From the NCBI GenBank assembly GCA_041690135.1, contig JAWLHY010000021.1:21970-85969 (forward strand): a stretch of 64,000 nt of DNA. Direction: 5' to 3'. Origin of the DNA: Armatimonadota bacterium. Lineage in GTDB: Bacteria; Armatimonadota; SYMT01. Below, piece by piece: positions 46,390 to 56,083 of this stretch. The position numbers and the translations under genes were made by a program. The notes below the pieces were generated by a model that saw only the letters and a list, made by a program, of their open reading frames with translations, did not search any database and was not told the origin of the DNA. Numbering within the stretch: position 1 is the first letter of the stretch; every line of letters starts with the position of its first letter.

Positions 46390-48621
46390 ATGTCGTACGC
46401 ATTATTTGTGCTTTATTGGCCCGATTTCACCGGCTCTCAACCGGATGCCGCCCCCATCACGCCCCCTCTGCTTGCTCACTCATTGAAGCGCCAGCTTCTG
46501 GCGAAGTATGAGGACTTCTCCGGCTATTGCTGGGTTCCCTCGGAGCCACCTTCTCCAGCCGGCGCCGCCTTTCAGCGCTGGGGCATGCGCCTGCTCGACA
46601 CGCCTCCCTCGGCGGCATCCATCAGGACCCTGCTCGCGCAACACCCAAAGGCGAGTCATGTCATTCTGGCGATGCGTGGCGAAAGAGGTCGTGACCTCTG
46701 GCAAGCGTTGTCCTTGCCAACGCTTAGTGGTGAACTGTGGACCCCGGCCGGAGATCCGCCGCCGAATGCACCCGCCCCCCTCCGTGTGAGCCACCTGGAA
46801 GACAACCTGCACCTTCGAACCGGAGTAACGGTTGGACTGTTTGCCGACTGGCGCCACCTCGTTTCCGGTCTGGCCGAGGACCACCTGTCCCTGGATCGCG
46901 GCCCGTTGATGGACGCCATCCTTCGCTGTGCGGAGTTGGCCGGCGCGGTGGTAGCCGCCCGGCTCTACGGCGGATCCGACTCCTCGAGGTCCCAGCCGGT
47001 GGCCCACCGTGCTGCCGGGGAGACTCAGAACGGAGACGGTGCCGCCGAGATGCGCCAGGACCTTCTCCGGTTACTGGACGACCCTTACGCTCCCCAAACC
47101 TGGGTGCTGATCACCGAGGCGAATTGGGTACCCGAAATTGTGGCGGTAGCCCACTCGCGCAAGAAACGGGTGCTGCTCTGGACCGTGCGTGACGAGGCAA
47201 TACCCCTCTCCGTGCGGCTCCAGGCGGATGGGTATGCCGACCTTCGTCACTTTTTGCCCCGCAGCCTGTTCTCTCCCCCACGAAAGCCTCAAGAGTTCCA
47301 GGTCCTGCGAAGTCGCATTCGCCCGTCCGTACAGACCGAAACTCGCGGTGTGCCGGACACGCAGGTGAGTCAGGGGAGCGCGGAAGCGGACACCCACACC
47401 AGCGATCCCGGCGTTGGCATCCCCGATACCGACGGCTCCGTCGGCGACAGAAGCGAGTCCCTCGAAGGCCGGGCCCTTCCGTTGTTGCCCGTGGTAGTCC
47501 ATGCCCGTCTGTCGCCATGGGTGCGGCTCGCTTATTTGATCGAACGGACTCTCCGCGAGTACCAGGCCCCACGGATCGCGTTTCGCCGCCTGGCGTCCAT
47601 CCTTGCGGCCCACGAGGAATTCGGCCCCACTCCGGCCGCGGCCCTGTCGTGGTTGAACCGGGCTCGTGCCGAGGGTCTGCTGCTGCTGGAACAGGAGCAC
47701 TTGCAGAACGAGCCGACGGCAAGCCTGATTACCTGCCGGCCAAATCTCGAGCACCCGATATTTCGGGCCGCTCTGGACGTACCCGATCGCATCCTGCGCC
47801 TGCTACGCCAGATGCTGCAAAAAATGCCCTGGGTGAGCTTCAAGCTGCTCCGCAGCGTGCTGGTGCGGGAGCAGTGGTTGGGAGGGGCACCCTTCAACCT
47901 GGATGAGTGTGCCATCGATGAATGGATCAACTATCTCATCCAGGACGGCGCCGTACGGATGACCAAGGAACCCAACCTGGCCAACCCCGAATACCCTGTC
48001 ACGGCACTTCGGCTAAACGACGAACACCCCCTGGCACAGTCCGTCGTATCGGAGGCGGAAGAGGGAGCGCGCCTGGCCGCCGAGCGCGCCATCCTGGCGG
48101 TGGATCACTTCATGATCCGCCACCGCAAGCCGTGGATGGCCATGAGCGCCCTCCGTCGCGCGCTGGACGGCATGGGCCGAGAGGAGCTTCAGGCAGTGCT
48201 CGAGGGCCTGCAGAACCTGGGGGTCCTGATCACCGAAAGCTATCCGAACCCGCAGAAGCAGCATCTCACCACCGGCTGCCGCCTGAAGATGGACGAGACG
48301 ATCGTGGTAGACGCGCTCCGCATCCGGAACGTCATCGTGCGCGTGACACACCAGATCCAACGACGCCGGAGTTGGGTCCGTTTGGCGGACCTTCACGAGG
48401 AATTGAATTCCCAGGAGAGCTTGGCGGTCACCGGCTCCCAGCGGCTGGCATGGATCTCGCTTCTGCGCGACGAGGGTCTGTTGGAACTGGATCACGAAGT
48501 GTTGCCGCTCAATGGCTGGGGAGGCATCCGCTGCCGGCTCAATCTGGCGGACAGTGTCGTGCGCACGATCGTGGCCGAGGTGGATGATACGTACGCCTGG
48601 GAAGCGGGAACCCGTGAGTGA
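46390..48621 (+). CDS. Degenerate NYN/PIN-like domain protein with four winged-helix-like repeats
   Basis: VGLFADW, WVLITEANW...KKRVLLW...L...AD.Y.DL follows the NYN layout; four ~85-aa repeats (PW..F..L...L ... G.L ... T.CRLN.EHP). Confidence 0.6.
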   Translation: MSYALFVLYWPDFTGSQPDAAPITPPLLAHSLKRQLLAKYEDFSGYCWVPSEPPSPAGAAFQRWGMRLLDTPPSAASIRTLLAQHPKASHVILAMRGERGRDLWQALSLPTLSGELWTPAGDPPPNAPAPLRVSHLEDNLHLRTGVTVGLFADWRHLVSGLAEDHLSLDRGPLMDAILRCAELAGAVVAARLYGGSDSSRSQPVAHRAAGETQNGDGAAEMRQDLLRLLDDPYAPQTWVLITEANWVPEIVAVAHSRKKRVLLWTVRDEAIPLSVRLQADGYADLRHFLPRSLFSPPRKPQEFQVLRSRIRPSVQTETRGVPDTQVSQGSAEADTHTSDPGVGIPDTDGSVGDRSESLEGRALPLLPVVVHARLSPWVRLAYLIERTLREYQAPRIAFRRLASILAAHEEFGPTPAAALSWLNRARAEGLLLLEQEHLQNEPTASLITCRPNLEHPIFRAALDVPDRILRLLRQMLQKMPWVSFKLLRSVLVREQWLGGAPFNLDECAIDEWINYLIQDGAVRMTKEPNLANPEYPVTALRLNDEHPLAQSVVSEAEEGARLAAERAILAVDHFMIRHRKPWMAMSALRRALDGMGREELQAVLEGLQNLGVLITESYPNPQKQHLTTGCRLKMDETIVVDALRIRNVIVRVTHQIQRRRSWVRLADLHEELNSQESLAVTGSQRLAWISLLRDEGLLELDHEVLPLNGWGGIRCRLNLADSVVRTIVAEVDDTYAWEAGTRE

Positions 48622-48793
48622 CTGTCACTCCGGAGGGGGAGGAACTCACCAGCCGTAACGGGAGCTTGCATGTGAAATGGGAGCCGGCACCCGCGCCCCC
48701 ATCCCGACATGCACCGTTCCGCAGCTTACCGGCAAACTCTCACTGCGAAAGCTTTCCGCGGTTACGTTGCCGCCGGAGAACGCTGCCGCTACA

Positions 48794-49243
48794 ATGCCCA
48801 TGACCCAGGTAGTCGTTTCATCGGATCACAACCTGCGCCAGGAAATCTGGGCAGGAAATCATGCACTGGCCGCCGACGAGCCGGTTGGATTGGGCGGCGA
48901 TGACAGTGCGCCAACACCTTACGAACTGCTGCTGGCCGCCCTCGGTTCCTGTACTTCGATGACCCTGCTGATGTACGCCCGGCGGAAGCAGTGGCCCCTG
49001 GAAGCCATTGAGATCCGCTTGAAGCACGAACGGATCCATGCGCGAGATTGCGCCGATTGCGAGCAGCACGATGCCTACCTGGACCATGTCGACAAGGAAA
49101 TCGTCGTGTCCGGCCCTTTGAACGAGGAGCAGGTACGCCGGCTCGGGGAGATCGCGGAAATGTGTCCCGTCAACCGCACCCTCCACCAATCCATTCGCAC
49201 TTCCCAATCGATCCGCCTCGCTCCGGTCCGAACCCAGGAGTGA
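48794..49243 (+). CDS. OsmC family protein
   Basis: ADEP...GG.D..PTPYELL.AALGSCT.MT..MYA.RK.W.L and IA..CPV.RTL. Confidence 0.93.
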   Translation: MPMTQVVVSSDHNLRQEIWAGNHALAADEPVGLGGDDSAPTPYELLLAALGSCTSMTLLMYARRKQWPLEAIEIRLKHERIHARDCADCEQHDAYLDHVDKEIVVSGPLNEEQVRRLGEIAEMCPVNRTLHQSIRTSQSIRLAPVRTQE

Positions 49244-49290
49244 GGACTTACAACTGCTCACCGGATCTCCGGGAGCCAAGGTGGGTACCG

Positions 49291-49911
49291 ATGCTGAAGA
49301 AACTGATCCCCGTAGCCCTGGTCGGTGTGTTGCTCGCCGGTGCCGCGCGCGCCGAGGAAACGGTCGAAGCCATTCCGAACGACTACATCCAGCAGTTTGC
49401 CCCCATTGCGGTGGGGTTGTTCCAGGCACAGTTCCCGAACCCACCCGTCAAGGTGGAGCCGAACGCCGAAAAGGCCCTGGGCTACCACATCAAGGAGAAG
49501 GTGGGAGCGCTCGTCTTCCCGGATAAAAACCTCAGCCCGAAGACGATCGATGAGGCCGGAGAGCAGGACGTGCCGGTGGCCATTCTCACGACGTTGGCCC
49601 TCACGCTCGAAACGAAAGACAAGGTCGTGCCGGCGGAAGAGCTGGCTGTCGCCGATCTGAACGGGCAGTTGAAGCTACCGGTGTTTTTCCTGGCAGTAAA
49701 GACCGTGGGGGCCGATAAGGTCCTGACGATCTATTCCAAGGATGGCAAGCCCCTCGGCTCCACGACCCTGAAGAAGCAGGCGAGCGATACCAACCTTATC
49801 GTCGGGCTCAAACTGTCGAACATCACGGAGAACAACCAGAAGCTGGATGCCACCCTCACCATCGGCGGCGCCTACGAAAGCACCCTGAAGCTCTCCTACG
49901 TGAAGCTCTAG
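49291..49911 (+). CDS. Secreted hypothetical protein
   Basis: Classical signal peptide MLKKLI...ARA; consistent GC3 codon bias. Confidence 0.75.
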   Translation: MLKKLIPVALVGVLLAGAARAEETVEAIPNDYIQQFAPIAVGLFQAQFPNPPVKVEPNAEKALGYHIKEKVGALVFPDKNLSPKTIDEAGEQDVPVAILTTLALTLETKDKVVPAEELAVADLNGQLKLPVFFLAVKTVGADKVLTIYSKDGKPLGSTTLKKQASDTNLIVGLKLSNITENNQKLDATLTIGGAYESTLKLSYVKL

Positions 49912-49922
49912 ATCATTAGCAA

Positions 49923-49962
49923 TGCCGGATGCGACAGGCGCCGAGCACCTGCCGCATCCGGC
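49923..49962. terminator. Hairpin between convergent genes
   Basis: tgccggatgcg.cagg/cctg.cgcatccggca inverted repeat. Confidence 0.55.
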
Positions 49963-49976
49963 ATCACCCGACTGCG

Positions 49977-51644
49977 TCACACTTCTTCCTGGTCGACGAA
50001 CACCAGTTCGCCAAAGCAAGACGGGACATGGTAGTCCGGCGGATCTTTGTGGGTGGGCGACCAGGCGGTGAACTCGGTGACTGCCCCGCGTTCGATGCGA
50101 AAGAAGTTCGCCCGCCAGACCGTGCCCGGCGAGGGTGGACCCGACAACCCCAGGTCGGCGAACGGCACGGCGACTTCCGCGATCCACCCCAGATCCGGTG
50201 AAGTGCGGTCGTTCAGCACCCCCGAAACCCGCACTGCCGTCCGAATTCCCGCGGAGTTCCATTCTCGATCGATCAGCATGGTCCACCGGTCCAACTCCGG
50301 GTTGAACACGCGAGCGTCGAACAGCACGTTGGCGGGACTGATCTCGAATTCGAAGTAGTGGCGCAAGTCACCGGTCGGACAGAGGAAGACCTCCACCACC
50401 TCCTCGTCGTAAAGGGGATCATCCCGGTTCTCGAAGTTGGCCCAGATGTCGGTGTCCTTGCAGGCGAAGGAGACGTACAGGTGGGTTTCATCCCAACAAG
50501 CCTTCACCTGCGTCTCCTGGGCGGCAGGCCCTGAACCGTCGGAGAGCACCAACGGCGAAAGCGGCGCTATGCCCGCCCAGGCCGCGTCGTCCAGGGCGCC
50601 ATCGATGCGGATCGGCCCGGACGCCCGGCGACATTCATAGCGCGGGAGTGAACCGTGCTGGGGCGGAGGCGGTGCCGACCGCTCCCGGGGGAGTTGGGGC
50701 GTGGGAGGCGTGTGCGCCGGGTTCTGATACTGGTTCTTGAGGCTCACATATGAGTCGGCGTGCCAGTGGACCCGTTCGAGCTCGGACGGCGTCAGGTCCC
50801 GCACCACCTTCGCCGGCACCCCCATCACCATCTTTCCATCCGGGATCTCCGTGCCGGGCGTAACCACCGCTCCCGCGGCGATGATGCAGTTCTTCCCAAT
50901 CCGCGCGCCGTCAAGCACGACGGAGTGGATGCCGATCAGCGAGTTGTCGCCGACGGTGCAGGCGTGGACCGTCGCCTGGTGGCCAATGGTAACGCCCGTG
51001 CCCACGATGCAAGGCTGGTGGGGCGAAACGTGCAGTACGGCCCCCTCCTGGATATTGGAACGAGCGCCCACGCGGACGGGGGCCACGTCGCCCCGCAGCA
51101 CGGCTGCCGGCCACACGCTCACGTCGTCGCCAAGCACCACATCGCCAAGCACGTTGCTGCCGGGGGCCAGGAACACCCCCGTTCCCAGTTGCGGCCATGT
51201 GCCGTGGAACGCCAGCAAGCCCGACTTACCGCTGGGGACCTCCGGAACGGGGCCGGCGGTAGAGGGGGGCTGCGAATCCGGCCCCGCGGCGGCGGGAGGC
51301 GTGGGAGGAATCGGGGGTGGGGGAGCCGTCGGTGCCACGGGCGGAACGGACGTGGTAGGGGTTTGCGGTGCTTCCGGGACCACCGCCCCTTCCCTGGCGC
51401 CGGCCTGTGTAGGGGGCGAGATGCCGTCGGCGACCTGCCGGGCGGCTTCCAGCGTCAGGTCGCGCATCGCCGCGGCCAGCCGGAGTGCTTCATCTTTCAG
51501 ACGCGTGGAGCGCGTCGCCGGCTGCACCAGTAGCTGGTCGCCCTCCGGCACCAGGTGGACCGTCTGCCCCGCCTTCCAGCCCAGCCGGTCCAGCACCTCT
51601 TGCGGCAGGTGAAGACTCCCATCCGGCTCCAGGTTGATATCCAT
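49977..51644 (-). CDS. Fusion: AbrB/MazE-like DNA-binding domain + gamma-carbonic anhydrase (YrdA-like) + CBM9-like domain
   Basis: G.L.LP..V...LGW..G..V.L; hexapeptide beta-helix GDV.LG....W..AVLRGD..NIQEG.VLH..TIGH...H; I.IDG.LD...W..T.VK..WD...LY..F.C.D..EVVE.F..Y.EFE.SP..W..E..VP..WR.NF.R..WSPT. Confidence 0.85.
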   Translation of the reverse strand: MDINLEPDGSLHLPQEVLDRLGWKAGQTVHLVPEGDQLLVQPATRSTRLKDEALRLAAAMRDLTLEAARQVADGISPPTQAGAREGAVVPEAPQTPTTSVPPVAPTAPPPPIPPTPPAAAGPDSQPPSTAGPVPEVPSGKSGLLAFHGTWPQLGTGVFLAPGSNVLGDVVLGDDVSVWPAAVLRGDVAPVRVGARSNIQEGAVLHVSPHQPCIVGTGVTIGHQATVHACTVGDNSLIGIHSVVLDGARIGKNCIIAAGAVVTPGTEIPDGKMVMGVPAKVVRDLTPSELERVHWHADSYVSLKNQYQNPAHTPPTPQLPRERSAPPPPQHGSLPRYECRRASGPIRIDGALDDAAWAGIAPLSPLVLSDGSGPAAQETQVKACWDETHLYVSFACKDTDIWANFENRDDPLYDEEVVEVFLCPTGDLRHYFEFEISPANVLFDARVFNPELDRWTMLIDREWNSAGIRTAVRVSGVLNDRTSPDLGWIAEVAVPFADLGLSGPPSPGTVWRANFFRIERGAVTEFTAWSPTHKDPPDYHVPSCFGELVFVDQEEV

Positions 51645-51872
51645 TGCTTTCCCCGTACCTTTTTCGTCCCGTTCCACCGGCTGTGCCCGTATGACCTCAA
51701 TCCAGGTCGTGATCCCACCTTATCCTACACTAATCCCACCAGACGGAAAGCAGCCCGTATTCCTGTCCGTCGGGATCCACATCCCTAGATTTCCTATCGG
51801 TGGAGAGATCGGTTGGGTTACGGCTGCGCCGCGCAGAGTCCCTCTGTGTCGGAAAGAAACAGAGCTGGGACG

Positions 51873-53543
51873 CTACGGATTGAACCGGTAGAGCGTGACC
51901 TCTTCCGACATAAATACCGGTCGAAGGCCCGGAACAGTGTCCAGCGGCACTGCCCAGCCGCGCCACTCCCACGGGCAGCGGATGACCCAGGTGATGCCCC
52001 GTTCTCGCAGCCACCGCGCGCGGGCTTCCGGAGGCACCTGGGCGGTGAAAAACCAGTCGCGTTCGGCACGTTTCCGTGGCTGGTCGAGTGTCATGTGCCA
52101 GTGGCCGTGGTACACTCGCGTGTCCGCCAGAACCGGCGCCCAACCGGCGGTCCAGGAGCCACCCAGCGTTACTTCGCCGGGGTGCCCTTCCCGATCGAGA
52201 GTCAGGAAAGCCTCCCGCATTGCCGTACTGTGATAGTGGTCCGGGCCCCGGCGCGCGTAAAACGCCCCCTGGCGGACGAGCATCGCCGCGGTGCCCGTGG
52301 CCGTGAGCAGGAAATAACCGGTGGGAATCCCGGCGGCGATCCAGCGACTCGCCGCCCGCCACCGGGTGTGCGTCCCCCGGGATCCGGGCTCCCTCCCACG
52401 CCGCAGCCGCACGACCAGGCTCCGGCCGGCAAGGTCGACGCCCACGGTCGCCAGCAGGACCAGCGGCACGTGGATTCCACCGATCAGGCGAGGCTGTTTG
52501 CCGCCCAGCCGGAACGGGGTGAGCAGGAAAAGAAACACACATACCACCCAGCAGAGCGGCAGGAGATATTGGCGAACACGCGACCGCGACACCAGGATGG
52601 CCAACCCAGGGAGGATGAGTAGTCCATGGGCAACGGCGTAGAAGCGGAAATCCTGTACCTGGAGTACGTCGTCAGCCAGCCGGGCATAGAGCGGGTCGGT
52701 GCGGGTAAGCCAGAAGAGGTAGGTGGCGGCGGGAAGCGCGCCGGCAAAGAGTGCCGCGGCATGTAACAGCGAGGCACGGGGCAGTTCACCGCGCTCGATC
52801 CAGCGCAGAACCCCGTAGACCGGCAGGACCAGCCCCAGGGTTACGAAGTCGAACGGGTGAATCCAGGCCAGCAGGAACGCCAGGCCCAGGGTGGCGCCCA
52901 CCCAGCGCCGCTTGCCGTCCCGCTCCAAGGCCACCAGGGTGGCGAACAGCGCCGTCAACAGCGCCGCCGACAGGGCGAGATGCGGCAGGTTGCCGAGCAG
53001 GAAGAAAGTATTCCCTTCCGGCTGCAGCGCGTCACCGTGGGGCACGCCCGGAGCCAACCGGTCCGCCCACCAGCCCAGACCGCCGGAGAAGCAGAGCAGC
53101 ACCAGGTAGTGACGCTGCCGGCGCCAGTGGGGGAGGAGAAGCGCGCCGAACCAGAACCCCGCGGCCAGGAGGGCAAGTCCGGCCATGATCCGGCTGATCT
53201 GGAACGCCGCCAGGGGGTCGTTCCCCAGCAACCGGCAAATAGCGCCGTCGAGGAGGGCGTGCGGGAGGAACAGTCGCGGGGCGTGCGGCTCGGTCGTGAA
53301 TGGGTCCCCGAGCAGCCACTGCCCCTGGCTGACCTGCCGCGCGAACGCCAGATACTGGTTCGCATCGGAGGCGTTCACCGGCGGCACCGCCCAGAATCGC
53401 GTGCCGGCCGGGCGGATGGCCCAGCCGTAGAGATAGGCGCCATTTCCCAGGACCAGGGCTGCCAGAATCACCACGGTTAGGGTCAAGGCACGGAGCGAGC
53501 GGCGGTTAGTCAGTTGCATTCCGGTGGCCGGACGGTATATCAT
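51873..53543 (-). CDS. Polytopic membrane protein, GT-C fold glycosyltransferase-like
   Basis: About 12 TM helices; first loop D...YL....Q...G.W...DPFT.EPH; HPFD motif; soluble C-terminal domain (L...GI.WV). Confidence 0.6.
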   Translation of the reverse strand: MIYRPATGMQLTNRRSLRALTLTVVILAALVLGNGAYLYGWAIRPAGTRFWAVPPVNASDANQYLAFARQVSQGQWLLGDPFTTEPHAPRLFLPHALLDGAICRLLGNDPLAAFQISRIMAGLALLAAGFWFGALLLPHWRRQRHYLVLLCFSGGLGWWADRLAPGVPHGDALQPEGNTFFLLGNLPHLALSAALLTALFATLVALERDGKRRWVGATLGLAFLLAWIHPFDFVTLGLVLPVYGVLRWIERGELPRASLLHAAALFAGALPAATYLFWLTRTDPLYARLADDVLQVQDFRFYAVAHGLLILPGLAILVSRSRVRQYLLPLCWVVCVFLFLLTPFRLGGKQPRLIGGIHVPLVLLATVGVDLAGRSLVVRLRRGREPGSRGTHTRWRAASRWIAAGIPTGYFLLTATGTAAMLVRQGAFYARRGPDHYHSTAMREAFLTLDREGHPGEVTLGGSWTAGWAPVLADTRVYHGHWHMTLDQPRKRAERDWFFTAQVPPEARARWLRERGITWVIRCPWEWRGWAVPLDTVPGLRPVFMSEEVTLYRFNP

Positions 53544-53841
53544 CGGGCTGGCCGTCCCCGAGTTACGAAGGACTACGCATGGGCTCCAATTCGGAAGTCG
53601 CCCCGCCCGTTCCTCACAGCCGCAGTTACCTCCGCACCGAACCGGTACGCACTACGCGATTCGGTTCGCCCCCCGGTTCCCCCTGGGCCGTTTTCGGTTC
53701 CGGTCGCCAATCCCGCCGCCCTCATTCTCGGCCCCGCCCGACCTCGCCGGCAGACTCGTTGCCATTACCACACCCGCTCCCGGAATCCATGCCGGTGGCA
53801 CAGCAGTTTACGCTCGCGCTCTCAAACAGGGAGGAAGCTTG

Positions 53842-54372
53842 ATGTCCGCAGAACCCATTATCCAGTCCAACCAGTCCCCCGACGAATGGCTGGAGGCCCA
53901 GTGCCGGCAGATCGAGGCGGCCGGGAAAGAACTGGTCGCCGTGGCGGAGGAGATCAACTACCGGGTAGGGCGCATCGCCGATGGGGAGCCGGTAGCGGGC
54001 GACCAGATCGTTACCGAGGAACTCACCCGCCGGATGGAGACAGCCTGCGAAATGCTGCGCAACCTCAAGATTACGATCCAGGAGGCCGTGTTCGACTGCG
54101 AACACGAGATGCGCGAGCTCCGCGAGCGCGAGGTCAGCCCCGCGGAACTGTTGATCGATGGGGACCGGCTGATCCGCCAGTACCGATTTCTCCGGCGCCG
54201 CGGACGCATTATGGATGGCCTACTCGCCTACCTTCCCATCGTGACGCAGAGCACCCGCACCATCTGCGATCAGCTTTACCAACTTCAGGAAGGCGCCATC
54301 CTCGAAGGCCCGCTGATCGTTCCGGATTGCAGCTTCGCCCTGGTGGCCCTGGAACAGCTTTCGGACTCCTGA
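53842..54372 (+). CDS. Hypothetical helical protein
   Basis: GGAGG RBS before ATG 53842; coiled-coil-like; host codon usage. Confidence 0.65.
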   Translation: MSAEPIIQSNQSPDEWLEAQCRQIEAAGKELVAVAEEINYRVGRIADGEPVAGDQIVTEELTRRMETACEMLRNLKITIQEAVFDCEHEMRELREREVSPAELLIDGDRLIRQYRFLRRRGRIMDGLLAYLPIVTQSTRTICDQLYQLQEGAILEGPLIVPDCSFALVALEQLSDS

Positions 54373-54377
54373 TCCGG

Positions 54378-55355
54378 TCACAAGTGCCAGCAGTGTTCCC
54401 ATACCTGTGCCAGGACCTCCAGTTGGCGCAGGCCCGCGGTTCCGTTTACCAGCAGATGACGCTCCTCGCCGGTGCGTACCGCCTGTACGAACTGCTCTAC
54501 GGAGACCTGCATAAAGTCCTTGCCGATCCACTCTTCCTGGGAGCCCGTCTCGGCGCGCAGCACCGAGCAGTATTCGCCCTTCACCGAGCGCGCGCCGTAC
54601 GTCAACGTCAGTTCCTGATTTCCCAGCTTTCGGTGCACCTCCGGACCTTCTACCCGACGGCACTCGATGTGGACTTCCAACCGCCCGGTGGGAGAGATCC
54701 AGTCGAATTCCAGAACGGTTTCCGTGGGTGCGTCGCGATGGCGCAGCGTCGACCAATCGACCGTGCCCGGTGCGATGCGGTCGAGCAGGGCCAGTGGGTG
54801 CGGCCCCAGGTCGACCCACACCTCGGCCGGCCCATGAGCGCTGCGGGGCTTGCCCTTCGTCTCCATCACGAACGATAGCTGCCGAAAATCCGGATTGCGC
54901 CCCAACACGCGCCGGCTCAACTCACACCAGCCGTCGAGCACCGCGGGATACTGCGCGTTCACTCCCAGAATGATGCCGTGGTGCGCCGCCGCTTCCACCA
55001 GAGCCGTCCCTTCCTCGATGATCTGCAGCGGCGAATAAGCCCAGTTCCACACCAGGGGCTTCTCACACAGCAGGTGCACGCCATCGGCCGCCAGGTCCCG
55101 GGCGTTAGCGAAGTGGGACTCCGCGGGCGAGCAGATGCTGCACGCCTCCATTCCCGCTTCGCGGCGGAACCGCTCCCAATCGTGGAATGCCTTTCCGGAG
55201 AAGCCGAACAGGTCCTGGAGAACCGCCGCGGAGCTCGCCGCCGACTCCTCGCTCGTACCATAGACCGCCACGACCTCACAGCCGGCCCGGGCAAACCACT
55301 TCGCATGGTGCTTGCCGATTCCCCGCGCTCCCACGATTCCCACCCGGAGTGACAT
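54378..55355 (-). CDS. Gfo/Idh/MocA family oxidoreductase
   Basis: VGIVGA.GIG..H, ICSP...H, HLLCEKP, DLGPH. Confidence 0.88.
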   Translation of the reverse strand: MSLRVGIVGARGIGKHHAKWFARAGCEVVAVYGTSEESAASSAAVLQDLFGFSGKAFHDWERFRREAGMEACSICSPAESHFANARDLAADGVHLLCEKPLVWNWAYSPLQIIEEGTALVEAAAHHGIILGVNAQYPAVLDGWCELSRRVLGRNPDFRQLSFVMETKGKPRSAHGPAEVWVDLGPHPLALLDRIAPGTVDWSTLRHRDAPTETVLEFDWISPTGRLEVHIECRRVEGPEVHRKLGNQELTLTYGARSVKGEYCSVLRAETGSQEEWIGKDFMQVSVEQFVQAVRTGEERHLLVNGTAGLRQLEVLAQVWEHCWHL

Positions 55356-55378
55356 GGATTCTCCTCGCGCGCACCGTA

Positions 55379-55834
55379 CTACAGCCGCTGGCGCATCCGC
55401 CGGTGCGGAATACCGCCTTCCATGAAGTCTTCACCTTCCGGCACGAACCCGAAACGCTCGTAGAACGGCATGGCAGCCGTCTGGGCATCGAGCATCACTT
55501 CCGGAACACCCAGGGTGCGCGTGTACCGGAGCAATTCCGCCAGGAGTTGCTGGCCCCAACCCACTCCTCGATATTCCGGTAGCAGGCAGACGCGGCCGAT
55601 CTTTGCCACCCCCGGAATGGGATGATAGACCCGCGCCGTGCCGACGACCTGCGCCCGGTCCAGCACGACAAACTGCCGGGCTGCAGGGTCCCAGGCATCC
55701 GGCTCATCCGAGAGTGGACCACCCTGCTCATCCACGAACACCGCGATTCTTACCCGCAGCGCGGCCTGGAACTCTTCGTCATCCGCAACGGGCCTGATCT
55801 CTGGTGCCGCCGGTCCTTGAAACGGGTTACTCAC
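55379..55834 (-). CDS. GNAT N-acetyltransferase (YjcF/ElaA-like)
   Basis: R..VFV.EQ, GTAR, KIGRV.L...RG.G.G, AQ..A..FY.RFGF...G..F.E.GIPH..M; AGGAGG RBS before GTG 55834. Confidence 0.92.
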   Translation of the reverse strand: MSNPFQGPAAPEIRPVADDEEFQAALRVRIAVFVDEQGGPLSDEPDAWDPAARQFVVLDRAQVVGTARVYHPIPGVAKIGRVCLLPEYRGVGWGQQLLAELLRYTRTLGVPEVMLDAQTAAMPFYERFGFVPEGEDFMEGGIPHRRMRQRL

Positions 55835-56083
55835 ATGCACCTCCTGTAGCCGCTTCCGAGCGAAGGTTTTCACTTGACATCAAGGGCAGATTCACACTTG
55901 GCGGTCCCGGACCCTACGCGGCGGCGCTGACGTAGCCTCATCGCCTGGGCCACAAGGGAAAAGGCGTAACAAGAGGAGGCGATTTGCGGCCCCGACACCG
56001 GGCTTCCGCCTTCACCCCAACCGATAATGACTCTGATATCCACCCCCGCCCCTCGCTGCATCCGCGCGGCACGGAGGAACTTC

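Noticed and set aside
49923-49962. Resemblance to the enterobacterial REP (GCCGGATGCG...CATCCGGC)
   Set aside because: Single copy between convergent genes; better explained as a terminator-like hairpin
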